From the NCBI GenBank assembly GCA_039194325.1, contig JBCCWC010000005.1:96008-160007 (forward strand): a DNA stretch of 64,000 nucleotides. The letters are read 5' to 3'. A program made the position numbers and the translations under genes. The notes under the pieces were generated by a model, which worked only from the letters and a program-made list of their open reading frames with translations, did no database searches and was not told the DNA's origin. Each line of letters begins with the position of its first letter. Within the stretch, counting starts at the first letter, position 1. The DNA is from Myxococcota bacterium (GTDB lineage: Bacteria > Myxococcota_A > Polyangia > Nannocystales > Nannocystaceae). Positions 26,504-36,737 of this stretch are shown here, piece by piece.

Positions 26504-26518
26504 CCCGGTGCGTGGTCG

Positions 26519-27832
26519 CTAGACCGGAACCCGGCCGGTCATGCTCTCGGGCCAGCGCACGACGAACCGTGCCCCGCCGAGGCTGCTGTCGTCGACGGAC
26601 ACCGTGCCTTCTTGCCTCGAGACCGCGGAGCGAACGACGGTAAGCCCCAGGCCGATCCCCCCCGTGTCGGTGCTGCGACTCTCATCGAGGCGCCGAAAGG
26701 GTTCGAAGATGACCTCGCGATCTTCGAGCCGGATCCCGGAGCCGTCGTCCTCGACTCGCAGCACGACCGATCCCTCTTCACACCGAATCGAGATCGCGAC
26801 CCGGCTGCGGGCGTGGCGAAAGGCGTTGCGGGCCAGGTTCGAGAATGTCCGGGAGAAATCGCTCGTCTCGGACACGAGTCCGAGGCCCGGCTGGGCGTCG
26901 ATGGTGACATCGCACGTGGGCTCGAGCTGCGACACCTGGTCCGCGGCGATCGCCCCGACGTCCACCGTCTGCAGGTTCGATGGCTGAGGGGCCGTGCGGG
27001 CTCGAAGCGCGTGCGTCAGCTGTGACGCCATTTCCTCGAGCTCGGTCAGGCTCCGGTCGATGATGTCGTTCGATCGTGCGCGGGTGTGTTGCTCGGTGGA
27101 CTCAAGGAGATTCTCGACGCTGAAGCGGATCCGGGCGATCGGCGTGCGCACCTCGTGGCAGACGGCCCGCAGCAGCTCTTCTTGGCCACTGACCAGCTGG
27201 TTCATGCGTGTGGCCATCGAGTTGAAGTCGTGCTCGAGCTCGGCCAGTGTGCGCCCCTGGCCCTGGTGTACCCGCGCGTCGAGGTCGCCGCTGGCCAGGC
27301 GCCGCGCCGCGTCTCGGACCCGGCGTACCCGCGCGATCACGGGAGCGACCGCGTACCAGGTTGCGAGTGACGTGATGCCCAGCACCCAGGCCGAGAAGAT
27401 CCCGAGCGACACCGCGTCGTACGGGACGACCGACGGTGTGATGGTCGGCCCGACGACGACGAATCGGTCGCGGCCTACGGGCTGGGTCACGAAGAAGAAG
27501 TCGCCGTCGAAGAAAGTCGTGAGCTGGTGGGGGTCGATCGGGTGGTCGACGAAGGACTCCTCGCTCAATTCGTCGAGGGACATCAACGAGATCGGCTCCG
27601 AGAACGCGGGGCGGAGTTCCTCCACGAGCTGGTCTTGCTCGCGCGGAGATCTCTCGCGCATCGCCTCGGCGACGCCGCGCATGGGACCCCCGAGCACAGT
27701 CTGGAGCTTGTGCTCGGTCTCGGCGTCGTAGGCGGTCTGAAACCGCCAATCCATGATCCAATCGAAGCCGATGCTGACGAGGAATCCGGCGACGATGAAC
27801 GCCAGCGCGAATCTTGCCTGAATCGATGTCAC
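26519..27832 (-). CDS. Sensor histidine kinase (two TM, HAMP)
   Basis: CHEVRTPIAR, NLARNA, VEDDGSG, GGIGLGL. Confidence 0.92.
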   Translation of the reverse strand: MTSIQARFALAFIVAGFLVSIGFDWIMDWRFQTAYDAETEHKLQTVLGGPMRGVAEAMRERSPREQDQLVEELRPAFSEPISLMSLDELSEESFVDHPIDPHQLTTFFDGDFFFVTQPVGRDRFVVVGPTITPSVVPYDAVSLGIFSAWVLGITSLATWYAVAPVIARVRRVRDAARRLASGDLDARVHQGQGRTLAELEHDFNSMATRMNQLVSGQEELLRAVCHEVRTPIARIRFSVENLLESTEQHTRARSNDIIDRSLTELEEMASQLTHALRARTAPQPSNLQTVDVGAIAADQVSQLEPTCDVTIDAQPGLGLVSETSDFSRTFSNLARNAFRHARSRVAISIRCEEGSVVLRVEDDGSGIRLEDREVIFEPFRRLDESRSTDTGGIGLGLTVVRSAVSRQEGTVSVDDSSLGGARFVVRWPESMTGRVPV

Positions 27833-28515
27833 GGGAGCACGACCATATATCCGACCCCACGAATCGCCTTGATGATGTCCATCGTCTCGCCCGTGGCGGC
27901 CAGCTTCCTTCGAATTCGATGGACCCGTAGATCGACGCTGCGGTCTACGCCATTGTAACGGCCGCCCAAGAGCTCCCGGTGGATCATCTCCCGCGACACG
28001 ACCTGGCCCGCTCGCAGGGCGAGGAACAGCAATACATCGAATTCCGCCGATGTGAACTCGACATCGTGCTCATGCACGGTCACCCGACGACGCGCTGGAT
28101 CGAGCGCGATCGGTCCGCACACGACGGGCGCTGGAGGGCCGCGGCGATGCCGGCCCAGCAGGCGGTTGATCCGGGCCAGTAGAACCCGAGGGCGAACCGG
28201 CTTGATGACGTAATCGTCTGCCCCCAACTCCAGGCCGATCACCTCGTCGGCCTCCTCACCACGTGCTGTCAGCAGCAAGATCGCGCCGGTGAACTGTCCG
28301 CGGATCTTGCTGCAGATGTTGAACCCATCCTCGCCCGGGAGCATGACGTCGAGGAGCAAGACGTCGGGTTGGCGCTCGAGTATGATCGGCGCTGCGGTGT
28401 CGCCGCGTGAGTGGGTGGTGACGGTGAGTTGGTGCGCTCGTAGGTAGGTTGCGACCGACTCACAGAGCTCTCGGTCGTCTTCGATCAAGAGAACACGGGG
28501 AGTCGCATCGGCCAT
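27829..28515 (-). CDS. OmpR-family response regulator
   Basis: LLIEDD, LLDVMLPG, GADDYVIKP, winged-helix RGVGY; overlaps the kinase start. Confidence 0.93.
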   Translation of the reverse strand: MADATPRVLLIEDDRELCESVATYLRAHQLTVTTHSRGDTAAPIILERQPDVLLLDVMLPGEDGFNICSKIRGQFTGAILLLTARGEEADEVIGLELGADDYVIKPVRPRVLLARINRLLGRHRRGPPAPVVCGPIALDPARRRVTVHEHDVEFTSAEFDVLLFLALRAGQVVSREMIHRELLGGRYNGVDRSVDLRVHRIRRKLAATGETMDIIKAIRGVGYMVVLP

Positions 28516-28527
28516 GTGGAGCAACGA

Positions 28528-30189
28528 TCACCCGACGGGGCGGACAGCACAAGGCGCGAGCCGTGTGGCCTCGCGTTCTGGATTACGCCGTCGGGATGCC
28601 GCGATGATGAGCAGCAGCAGAGACCACGGGGTATGCGGCGAGCTCGTCGAGCGGCAGCTGCATCCGCTCGGCTGGTCGTCGTCTAAGGTGACCGTGGTCG
28701 AGGTGCTGCTGTCGTATTGGGCGCTCGTGGACGAGGTCGTGCCGACCAGTCCACCTTCGCTGCTGGAGCTGTCGGTCGTGGAACCTCCCGTGAAGGATGT
28801 TCCGTCGGAGGTGCCGGACGCCCCGGAGGTGTCGGACGTCCCGGTCCCGGTGTCCTCGGAGCCCCCATCGTCTTCGAAGGAGATCCCCGCGATGACATAC
28901 ACGTTGTCGCCCGAGGCCCCCGAGGCCAGTGTATCCGGGAGCCCGTCGCGGTCGACATCGCCGAGGCCCACCACATCGAAGCCCAGCTGTTCTCCCGCCT
29001 CGAGGCTGGTGACATCTCGTAGGATCGTGCCGTCCACCCCGGAGTACCAGGTCAGCTTGCCCGCCTGATTCGCGCCGTCGCTGCTGAGGTACGAGCCGCC
29101 GACCACATCGGGGACTCCATCGGCGTCGACATCACCCGCCCCGCGTCCGGGGCCCAGGCCCTGGTTGGCTCCGGTGCCCGAGGCGTCGAACAGCGGGCTG
29201 CCATCTTGCCCCGAGAACACGTGGAGCCGGCCCGAGCCCATGTCGGGGGCCGAGGCGGAGAAGTCTCCTACGTAGAGGTCGGGCGTGGTGTCGCCGTCGA
29301 CGTCTCCTACCGTGGCCACGAAGAACCAGGCGAAGGCTCCGCTGCCCGGTCCTCCGGCGACCGTCAGCAGTTCGCTTGCGTCGCTTCCGCGGTGGACGAA
29401 CGCCGCGCCTCCTTCACCGGTACTGCGGGCGCCGATGAAGGGATCGGGGATCCCGTCACCGTCCAGATCTCCCACGAAGGCGGTCCCGCTCCCGAGGTTG
29501 CCGCCGGGCTCGGTGCCCACGATCGTGTGTATGAAGTCGCCATTGGTGCCGGCGACCACGTAGGCTCGGCCCGCGTTGTCGTCGGCCATCGGGTCGATGT
29601 CGGCCGCTTCGGCGCCCACCAAGATGTCGGCGAGGCCGTCGCCATCGATGTCGCCGGCGCTCGCCACCGCCGTGCCGAAGTTGTCGCCGGGGGCCTCTCC
29701 CTCTACGGTGAGCAGCGTGGAGCCGTTGGCGCCCGAGTAGACATAGACTTGACCGGCGGGGTTAGGGCCGGCTCCGGCTCCGGGGGCTCCGGCGACGATA
29801 TCGTGCACGCCGTCGCCGTCGACGTCGCCCGCGTCGGCCATCGCGTAGCTCAGCAGCGAGCCTGGATCGCCCTCCCAGCGCCACAGCTCCTCTCCGGTTC
29901 GTCCCGAGAGGGCGACCAGCAAGCCCGTGGTAGTGCCGCGCTCGACGTGCCAAGGAGCGCCCGTCAGCGCGTCCTTGGCTCCGTCGCCGTTCAGGTCGGC
30001 GATCTCCGCGACCGCCCAGCCAAAGCCGGATCCGTCTTGTCCGTGCACGTGCCAGATCGCCGCGGCGTCGTCCTCGACGAAGTCACCGGGGGCCGCCCGA
30101 GTTGGGAGGGGCCAGCTGAGCCCGGCCAGTAGGATCAGGGGAAGCGAAGATCGAAGGATGGAGCGATTCACGCTCTGGACGCTACGCAC
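28528..30189 (-). CDS. FG-GAP (integrin-alpha-like) repeat protein with MYXO-CTERM-like anchor
   Basis: About seven D.DGDG..D...GA repeats with FG/LG, S/T/G linker, GCSC...WSLLLLII..RRR. Confidence 0.88.
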   Translation of the reverse strand: MRSVQSVNRSILRSSLPLILLAGLSWPLPTRAAPGDFVEDDAAAIWHVHGQDGSGFGWAVAEIADLNGDGAKDALTGAPWHVERGTTTGLLVALSGRTGEELWRWEGDPGSLLSYAMADAGDVDGDGVHDIVAGAPGAGAGPNPAGQVYVYSGANGSTLLTVEGEAPGDNFGTAVASAGDIDGDGLADILVGAEAADIDPMADDNAGRAYVVAGTNGDFIHTIVGTEPGGNLGSGTAFVGDLDGDGIPDPFIGARSTGEGGAAFVHRGSDASELLTVAGGPGSGAFAWFFVATVGDVDGDTTPDLYVGDFSASAPDMGSGRLHVFSGQDGSPLFDASGTGANQGLGPGRGAGDVDADGVPDVVGGSYLSSDGANQAGKLTWYSGVDGTILRDVTSLEAGEQLGFDVVGLGDVDRDGLPDTLASGASGDNVYVIAGISFEDDGGSEDTGTGTSDTSGASGTSDGTSFTGGSTTDSSSSEGGLVGTTSSTSAQYDSSTSTTVTLDDDQPSGCSCRSTSSPHTPWSLLLLIIAASRRRNPEREATRLAPCAVRPVG

Positions 30190-31172
30190 CGGGCGGGGTG
30201 GACCGCTTTCAGGATCGTGCTCGGAGAGCGGCGTAGGCTGCGCGAGTCGAGCGCCGCGCGAAGCATCGAAGGGGGAATCCCTACACTGCGCCGAAACTGG
30301 TCGCTGAAGTGGCTATGGCTCGAGTAGCCTAGATCCAGGGCGAGGTCGGTCAGCGGTATATGGGGGTCGGCGAGCCGTTGGATCGCCACGTTGATGCGGA
30401 TCTGAGTTCGGTGCTCGTGGATCGTGTGGCCGGTGGTTGCGCGAAAGATCCGAGCCAGGTGGTAGGGCGACGCGCCGACCGTCGCGGCGATCTGCGCGAG
30501 CCCTAGCGGCTCGTCGAAGCGTTCGCCGAGCAATCGCTCGGTTTCGTGGACCAGGGTGCGGTGTCGCGCCGTGGTCCCTCGTCGCGAGCTCGCCGCCTTC
30601 GGCTTGGATCTCGAGCGGCTGGTACGGACGATCGCGCCCATCAGCCCGAGGATCGGCTCGAGCATCGCCGCTGGATCGCAGGGGTCGCTGGCGAGCGTGC
30701 GCAGGATCGACTGGTACTGTGCGTAGCAATCCGTGCCCAGCGTGCCTCCTTCGACCTCGAAGGGAGCGCTTGGGTCGACCGATGACGTGTCGAGTTCGGT
30801 CGCCACCACATCGGCCAATAGCTCGGGCTGGAGGGCGAAGTAGGTGCAATCGTCTCCGCGTGGGTCGACCAGTCGCCGCTCATATTCTTGGTGTGCGTTG
30901 TAGAACACGCACCGGGCGGGGCTCGCGAGCACGGGCTCGATCTTCGCGCGGAGGATCTCCACGGCGTGGTGAGGGATCACGACCAGCGGGTAGGATCCGA
31001 CCATGTTGGCGTGGCCCCACTGCGGCGCGGTGGGTGGGCAGCGAAAGCGGCCCACCATGAACGCGTGCGTCTCGAGCCGGTCGATCCTCGGTCCGTCGGG
31101 TCCCCGAGGGTACAGGCGGATCCAGGTGCGCGCTGCGGGAGGGGCGGCGGGCTCGGAGGTCTTTGTGCGCAT
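30168..31172 (-). CDS. AraC-family transcriptional regulator
   Basis: SPYHLARIFR..TG, LALDLGYSSHSHFS..FRR..G.PPS. Confidence 0.9.
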   Translation of the reverse strand: MRTKTSEPAAPPAARTWIRLYPRGPDGPRIDRLETHAFMVGRFRCPPTAPQWGHANMVGSYPLVVIPHHAVEILRAKIEPVLASPARCVFYNAHQEYERRLVDPRGDDCTYFALQPELLADVVATELDTSSVDPSAPFEVEGGTLGTDCYAQYQSILRTLASDPCDPAAMLEPILGLMGAIVRTSRSRSKPKAASSRRGTTARHRTLVHETERLLGERFDEPLGLAQIAATVGASPYHLARIFRATTGHTIHEHRTQIRINVAIQRLADPHIPLTDLALDLGYSSHSHFSDQFRRSVGIPPSMLRAALDSRSLRRSPSTILKAVHPARCVASRA

Positions 31173-31283
31173 GGGCTCGGCTTCAACGGGTCGACGACGG
31201 AAGGCTGACACCCGCCCGCGAGCGGCGCGAGCCGCCCGAGCGGAGGGGTTGCTGCTGTCTCGCTATCGAAGTACGCTGATTCC

Positions 31284-31517
31284 ATGGGCGTCAAGGCCAC
31301 GGTCCAAAACGGCCGCCTGATCGTCAATGAGGAGGCACGGCTTCCCGAGGGTACGGTCCTCCACCTCGAGCTCGAGGACGATGGAGACATACTCGGAGAG
31401 AATCAGCGTCGGGCACTCGACGCAGCGATCTCGACGAGTCTTCGACAAGCCGCGAGTGGCCAATTTCGCTCGGCTGCCAGAGTATTGGAGCGCCTTCGCG
31501 CTCGACGTGGCGAATGA
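31284..31517 (+). CDS. Putative antitoxin
   Basis: 77 aa, KATVQNGRL...LPEGT; stop overlaps the toxin start (ATGA). Confidence 0.65.
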   Translation: MGVKATVQNGRLIVNEEARLPEGTVLHLELEDDGDILGENQRRALDAAISTSLRQAASGQFRSAARVLERLRARRGE

Positions 31518-31818
31518 GTAAGCCCGTCGTCATTACTCATAAGGCGGAGCAGCAGATCCTCGAGCTCGATGCATGGTGGCGGGTTCATAGAGAGAAAGCA
31601 CCCGATAAGTTCGAGGACGAGCTGGAGTTTGCGTTGTAGATGATCGCGACCGTGCCTGGCGCGGGAAAGAGATGTCCGCACGCCGAGGCCGATGTGCGCC
31701 GCATACTCCTGCGTTCTACGAGGAACCACGTCTATTATGTGAACAGGAGGAGCGGGTTCTCGTGGTTGCCGTTTGGGGGGCGGTCAAAGATTCTGGACCC
31801 GATCTGAATATCATCTAG
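31514..31818 (+). pseudogene. RelE/ParE-family toxin, disrupted
   Basis: MSKPVVITHKAEQQI..WW..KAP..F.DEL, TAG at 31637-31639, then VRRILL..HVYY; frameshift near 31740, then RVLVVAVWGAVKDSGPDL. Confidence 0.75.
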
Positions 31819-31861
31819 TCGTGATGTCGCGGAGCGAGCATCCGGTGCTAGGCTACGCGGC

Positions 31862-32200
31862 ATGAGGCGCCTTGCGTCGGCCACGCTGCTGTTTGCGACC
31901 GTGCTGTTGTCCGCTTGCCAGCCCCAGCCCTTGCCGCCCGACAAAGCGGAGTATGCGGGTCACTGGCGTGGTGGTGGGGTCGACCTGGTGATCTACCCCG
32001 AGGGGCGGGCCGAGTACACCAAACAAGAGGGCAAGGGGACGATCGAGGTCAGCGGTCCGGTCGGGTGGAAGGGCGAGGATTTCGTGATCGCGGTGATGGT
32101 GGTCAAGACCAAGTTCGACGTGCAGCAGCCGCCTCACGAGGTCGACGGGATCTGGATGATGACCGTCGACGGGATCGAGCTCACTCGCGTACAGCAGTGA
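31862..32200 (+). CDS. Small lipoprotein, unknown function
   Basis: Lipobox LLSAC, beta-rich 112 aa, host-like codon usage. Confidence 0.75.
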   Translation: MRRLASATLLFATVLLSACQPQPLPPDKAEYAGHWRGGGVDLVIYPEGRAEYTKQEGKGTIEVSGPVGWKGEDFVIAVMVVKTKFDVQQPPHEVDGIWMMTVDGIELTRVQQ

Positions 32201-33122
32201 TCGGCTCGGAGACCCATGCTCGCGGGACCCAGGCGACAGGCCAGCGGGTCTCGGCGTGGCGATAGGCGCCCAGGCCGGGGTCTTCACAGCGGTAAAGCAG
32301 GTGGTCGCATTGGGTGGATGAGGCGCCCAGGTCGGGCAGGTCGGGCAGGTCGGGCAGGTCGGGCAGGTCGGGCAGGTCGGCCGACTCGTCGCGCGCGCCG
32401 CGATAGGCGGTGATCTGCCAACCCGCGATCTCGCCCCGGGCTACGGCGGCCACCCAGCGCCGTCGAGCGGCCATGCGCCAGGTGGCGGCGAGCGCGAGCA
32501 GCGAGCCCAGGGCGATGCTGAGCGACGTGACCGTGAGTTGCAGGGGAAACGAGAGCGAGCCCTGGAAGCCCCACAGTCGTTCGATCGGTCGGACGTCGGC
32601 GGATCCGATGAGGCTACATACCAGGGCGATCGCGGCCAGCCACAGTCCCGCGCCGAGCAGAGTCGAGTCGATGGCGTCGTCGGAAGGGCGCTGACGGACA
32701 CGCATCAGCGCGTCCACGGGGATGCAGAGCAAAACGCCGAACGACATTCCGAGGGTCAGTCCCAGCGGGGCGCCAATGATCATGGCCATCCCGGCGGCGG
32801 GAATCGCCGCCATCACCATGGGCGGCAGGCTGACGAAACTGGCGGCCAAGAAGGCCACCGCGGTGTTGGCGATCCCCATCACGAGCGACCAGCCCAGCGT
32901 AGGCGCGCAGCCTCGGCTGGGATCGACCGTCGAGCGGGTGGCCAGGGCCGCTGTTGCGCGCACCATGAACGCCGTGGCCACCGATGCGGCCAGCCAGGCG
33001 GGGGTGCCGGGGCCGATCACCCAGCCGAGGACCGGTAGGCCCATGACCAGGCCTGCGGCGAGCACGACGTGCAGCACGATGGGGCGCAGGGCCGAAGGTG
33101 TGACTAGTGGCGCGGGCGGCAT
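32181..33122 (-). CDS. Multi-pass membrane protein, unknown function
   Basis: About six hydrophobic segments and a (DLP)n tail; start uncertain. Confidence 0.6.
   Translation of the reverse strand: MPPAPLVTPSALRPIVLHVVLAAGLVMGLPVLGWVIGPGTPAWLAASVATAFMVRATAALATRSTVDPSRGCAPTLGWSLVMGIANTAVAFLAASFVSLPPMVMAAIPAAGMAMIIGAPLGLTLGMSFGVLLCIPVDALMRVRQRPSDDAIDSTLLGAGLWLAAIALVCSLIGSADVRPIERLWGFQGSLSFPLQLTVTSLSIALGSLLALAATWRMAARRRWVAAVARGEIAGWQITAYRGARDESADLPDLPDLPDLPDLPDLGASSTQCDHLLYRCEDPGLGAYRHAETRWPVAWVPRAWVSEPITAVRE
32328..32380. repeat. 9-bp tandem repeat CAGGTCGGG, about 6 copies (in-frame DLP)
   Basis: Read directly. Confidence 0.9.
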
Positions 33123-33315
33123 CGATCCGCAGGCTACGCGATGATCCATCGAACCGTCGCCGCCCTTCGAGCGGGTGGTCGTCGAGTCCCGCTGGGCGGT
33201 CGTCGAGTCGCGCCGGACGGTCGCCGAGCCGAGTGGGCAAGACCGAGGCCGGGCGCGACAGTGGTCGCGCATTCCGAGCCGGCCTCGGCATGGATACCTC
33301 GCTCAGCTCCCTAGC

Positions 33316-34725
33316 TCAGCCGGCCGCTCCGCCGCCGCCGACGGTGTTGAGGGCGAACCCGGTCATGTCCGAGTAGGTGTACGCGCCCGTCAGCCCGTTG
33401 TACGAGGTGATCGCGCCGGTCTCGGGGTCGACGCGGTGCGCCCCGTTGTTGTCGACCGCCCAGATATACCCGAAGAAGTCGATGCTCACGCCGTACGAGC
33501 TGGGGGTGTTCCACGAGTGAACGACCGCGAAGGTCTCGCGATCGATCCCGGTGATCCCGAAGCCCGAGTTGCCCAGCCACAGCAGGCCATCGGGTTCGGC
33601 GTCGGCCATACACCCGGCGGACCAATTGCCCAGCTCCTCGCTTACTGTCCACGTCTCGGTCACGGGATCGAAGCGGCCCACCCGGCTGGCGCAGTTCCAC
33701 ACATAGCCGTTGACGTCGACGGTCATGCCGTACCAGTGCGACGTGAGCCCAGTGGACGAGGGGCCGTCCCAGACCGTCGCGACCATGGTGTCGATATCGA
33801 CCCGCACCAGGTGGTTGCCGGTAGCCCAGCCCGTGGTCCAGAAGTTGCCCTCGGAGTCCACCGCTCCGCCGTAGAGGCCATACTGGTCCGCCTTGAGGCC
33901 GGGAATGGCCACTGTGTCGAGCACGATGCCCGCCTCGCCGTCGATCAACACCACCTCGGTCTGGGTTTGGCCCCAGCGCCCCGCGGTCCACAAAAGCTCG
34001 TTCTCCCACTCGCAGGAGAGCGAGTTCCACTCGCCCGGCGCCCAAGCGACCGGCCGCTGGCTGTCGTAGTCGAAGGGGATGTGCCAGGCGCGACACTCCT
34101 CCTGATCCCACGCGAGCGGGTTGGCGTCGGTGGACGTGTCGATCGTGCCGTTGTTGTTGGCGTCGACACATTTGTCCTCCGTGGCCCAGATCTTGGTGAT
34201 CCCGCCCGAACGGTTGGCGACGGCGACGTGACCGGAGAGGCTCACCGAGGTTCGCGACGGGCTACCCGAGGTGTCGGGCCGTGTGTAGTAGCGCCCCACC
34301 TCGGTGACCGTTTGGGTGTCGATCTTCGAGATCGTGCCCTGTGTGCTGTTGCAGGCCCACAGGTACGAGAACTCGGGCTCGCCGTCGTCGCCGCCCTTGC
34401 CTGGCATGCAAAAGCCTTCGCCCCCGCCGTCGGGGAGCAGGCCGGTGTCGAACTTGATCGGAGGGACGCCCGATTCGTCCTCCTGTTCGGTATCGCTCGT
34501 GGTCGCGGGATCGGTGGTGGCCGCCGTGGTGGGGTTGCTATCGCCCTCGCCGTTGCCGGTGGGGGAGTCGGAGGTCGACCCTGGACCACCGTTGGATTCA
34601 TTGGTCGTTGTGGGCGGTGGCCCATCGGCGCCGTCGCCTCCGTCGGACGTCACCGGTACGGGGTCCGAGCAGGCCGAGGCCATGCCGATCGCCAAGCAGC
34701 AAGTCAATTTCGCGGTGCGCATCAT
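33316..34725 (-). CDS. Beta-propeller (Vgb/NHL-like) lipoprotein, paralog A
   Basis: Lipobox ASAC, S/T/G/D linker, FSYLWACNS, SPSRTSV, blade repeats (YG..VD..G..W), YTYSDMTG. Confidence 0.8.
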   Translation of the reverse strand: MMRTAKLTCCLAIGMASACSDPVPVTSDGGDGADGPPPTTTNESNGGPGSTSDSPTGNGEGDSNPTTAATTDPATTSDTEQEDESGVPPIKFDTGLLPDGGGEGFCMPGKGGDDGEPEFSYLWACNSTQGTISKIDTQTVTEVGRYYTRPDTSGSPSRTSVSLSGHVAVANRSGGITKIWATEDKCVDANNNGTIDTSTDANPLAWDQEECRAWHIPFDYDSQRPVAWAPGEWNSLSCEWENELLWTAGRWGQTQTEVVLIDGEAGIVLDTVAIPGLKADQYGLYGGAVDSEGNFWTTGWATGNHLVRVDIDTMVATVWDGPSSTGLTSHWYGMTVDVNGYVWNCASRVGRFDPVTETWTVSEELGNWSAGCMADAEPDGLLWLGNSGFGITGIDRETFAVVHSWNTPSSYGVSIDFFGYIWAVDNNGAHRVDPETGAITSYNGLTGAYTYSDMTGFALNTVGGGGAAG

Positions 34726-35186
34726 CTGGGCCCTCCCCTACAAAAAGTGCCGTGGACATTGAACCACAAGCGAGGGCGGGATACGAAGCGCGGGTCGCGT
34801 ACGGTGTGGGCTTCACGGGAAGATCGCAATAGCGCACTTTTCCACACATAGGAGATCGGACTCGATGGATCGGGCGCAAGAACGCGATACATCGACGGTG
34901 ACGGCTGATTGGCTCCATGTTCTGCGAATTTCCCGCTTCTTGCGACCGCCTTATGGGAGTCAATGAGCGTCTGGCGCTCACGAGCTCACGAGCTTACGAG
35001 GACCGATCATGGGTGCTCGGTCGGCGGCTTGTGGGCCGGTTCGTTGGCCGGGACCCGGCTTGCCTGGTCGAAGCCGAGGAGCGGGACCCTGCGCCAATGG
35101 CTCGAGGTGTTCGAGCACGGCAAGGAGCCCGAGGTCAGCGAGTGGGTTCGCCGCCTCGGGTCGATCGGAGCCACCCGCTGGTCTAT

Positions 35187-35242
35187 CTCGATGACACTGG
35201 CTCGATGAAACTGGCTCGATGAAACTGGCTCGATGACACTGG
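35187..35242. repeat. 14-bp tandem repeat CTCGATGA(A/C)ACTGG x4
   Basis: Read directly; intergenic. Confidence 0.9.
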
Positions 35243-35264
35243 GCAGACCACTGGGATCTAGTGA

Positions 35265-36737
35265 TCAGAACTCAGTGTGGACGCACTCGATCTGATTGTT
35301 GCCCAGGTAGTGACCAACGATGCGCACGCTGCCGCCTGAGGGGGTAGTGATGAGCAGATCATCTCCGCTGACGCTGAAGTCGAGGTCGGGCAGGGAGATC
35401 CCCCGGAAGTAGAGGGTGTCCGAGCCTGACGTCTCGCCGTTGATCTCGTCCATCCCGTCGCCCATGAAGTCATCATAGACGTAGACATCGTTGTGGTCTC
35501 CGCCGAGCAGCACGTCGTCGCCGGGGCCCGCCAAGAGTAGATCGATCCCTGACTCTCCGTACAGGGAATCATCTCCGGCGCCTCCGCTGAGGATGTCGTT
35601 GTTGGCGCCGCCATAGACGAAGTCGTTCCCTGCGTCGCCGAGCACGAAATCGTTCCCTTCATCGCCATAGACGTGGTCTATACCGGAGCCTCCGCTGACC
35701 TGATCATCGTTTGCTCCACCGCGGACGTTCGAGTCGTCTCCGGAGCCTCCGAAGACGTAGTCGTTTCCCTCGTTTCCGTTGAGCAGCTCGTCGTTACCGG
35801 GGCCACCGAGGACCCAGTCGTTGCCGGTTTGGCCACGGATGGCGATTTCGTCGCCGTCTTCGCCGTCGAGCACATCGTTGCCGTCCCCGCCATTGAGCTC
35901 GTCATCGTGCATATTGCCGAGCAAGCAATCGTTGCCATCGTCGCCATAGGCGGTGTCCTCATGTTGTCCACCGCGGATGACATCGTTACCGGGGCCACCG
36001 TGGAGGGTGTCGTTCCCCGTGTTCCCGGTGAGCAGGTCAGCGCCGCCGAGCCCCCACAGAGTATCATCGCCTGGTCCGCCCCTGATGAAGTCGCAGAAGT
36101 TGGTGCCGATGAGTTCTTCATTACCATCTCCGAAGTCGTTCGGTACTGCATCGCAGAGATCGGCACAGATCGCTGGGGCATTGATGTCGGGGACGAAGGC
36201 CGGCACGATGTGGTCTGGCTGGTTGCCGAGCTGACACGGGATGGCCGTGGCCGGATCGTAGCAAGGCGCGTTGATGTCGCTGGGATTGCATTCGCAGGCG
36301 TTGGTGCATGTGTTGTCGTCGAGCATGTCCCCGTCGTCGCACTCCTCGCCGGGGTCTACGACTCCATCGCCGCACACCGGGCTGGTGTCGGAGTCGCCGG
36401 ATTCATCGCCGGTGTCGGTGGAAGACTCGCCGGGGTCATCGCCAGCGTCGGTGGAAGATTCGCCAGGGTCATCGCCAGTGTCGGTGGAAGACTCGCCGGG
36501 GTCGCCGGGTTCATTGTCCCCGCTCATCCCTTCGCTGCCCGCGCCTTGATCGGGAGGAAGATCCGAGCTCGTTGTTCCGTCGTCCAGCCCATCGTCGGCC
36601 ATGCCGTCGGCTGCCGGGCCATCGGTCATGTCGCTACCGCTAGTCCCTGAGCCATTCGAGGGGGCAGTGTCGGCGTCGGCTTCTCCATCAAAGCAGCCGA
36701 TCAGCAACGTGAGCCCGAGGAGCCCGCACGATTTCAT
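35265..36737 (-). CDS. Lipoprotein with myxobacterial Cys-rich repeat and RTX-type Ca-binding nonapeptide repeats
   Basis: LLIGC lipobox, CGDGVVDPGEECDDG, many GGxGxDxLx repeats, C-terminal DL.F...GDDLLI. Confidence 0.85.
   Translation of the reverse strand: MKSCGLLGLTLLIGCFDGEADADTAPSNGSGTSGSDMTDGPAADGMADDGLDDGTTSSDLPPDQGAGSEGMSGDNEPGDPGESSTDTGDDPGESSTDAGDDPGESSTDTGDESGDSDTSPVCGDGVVDPGEECDDGDMLDDNTCTNACECNPSDINAPCYDPATAIPCQLGNQPDHIVPAFVPDINAPAICADLCDAVPNDFGDGNEELIGTNFCDFIRGGPGDDTLWGLGGADLLTGNTGNDTLHGGPGNDVIRGGQHEDTAYGDDGNDCLLGNMHDDELNGGDGNDVLDGEDGDEIAIRGQTGNDWVLGGPGNDELLNGNEGNDYVFGGSGDDSNVRGGANDDQVSGGSGIDHVYGDEGNDFVLGDAGNDFVYGGANNDILSGGAGDDSLYGESGIDLLLAGPGDDVLLGGDHNDVYVYDDFMGDGMDEINGETSGSDTLYFRGISLPDLDFSVSGDDLLITTPSGGSVRIVGHYLGNNQIECVHTEF

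Noticed and set aside
34726..35186. Short ORFs in the gap upstream of propeller A
   Set aside because: No recognisable motifs, RBS or coding bias
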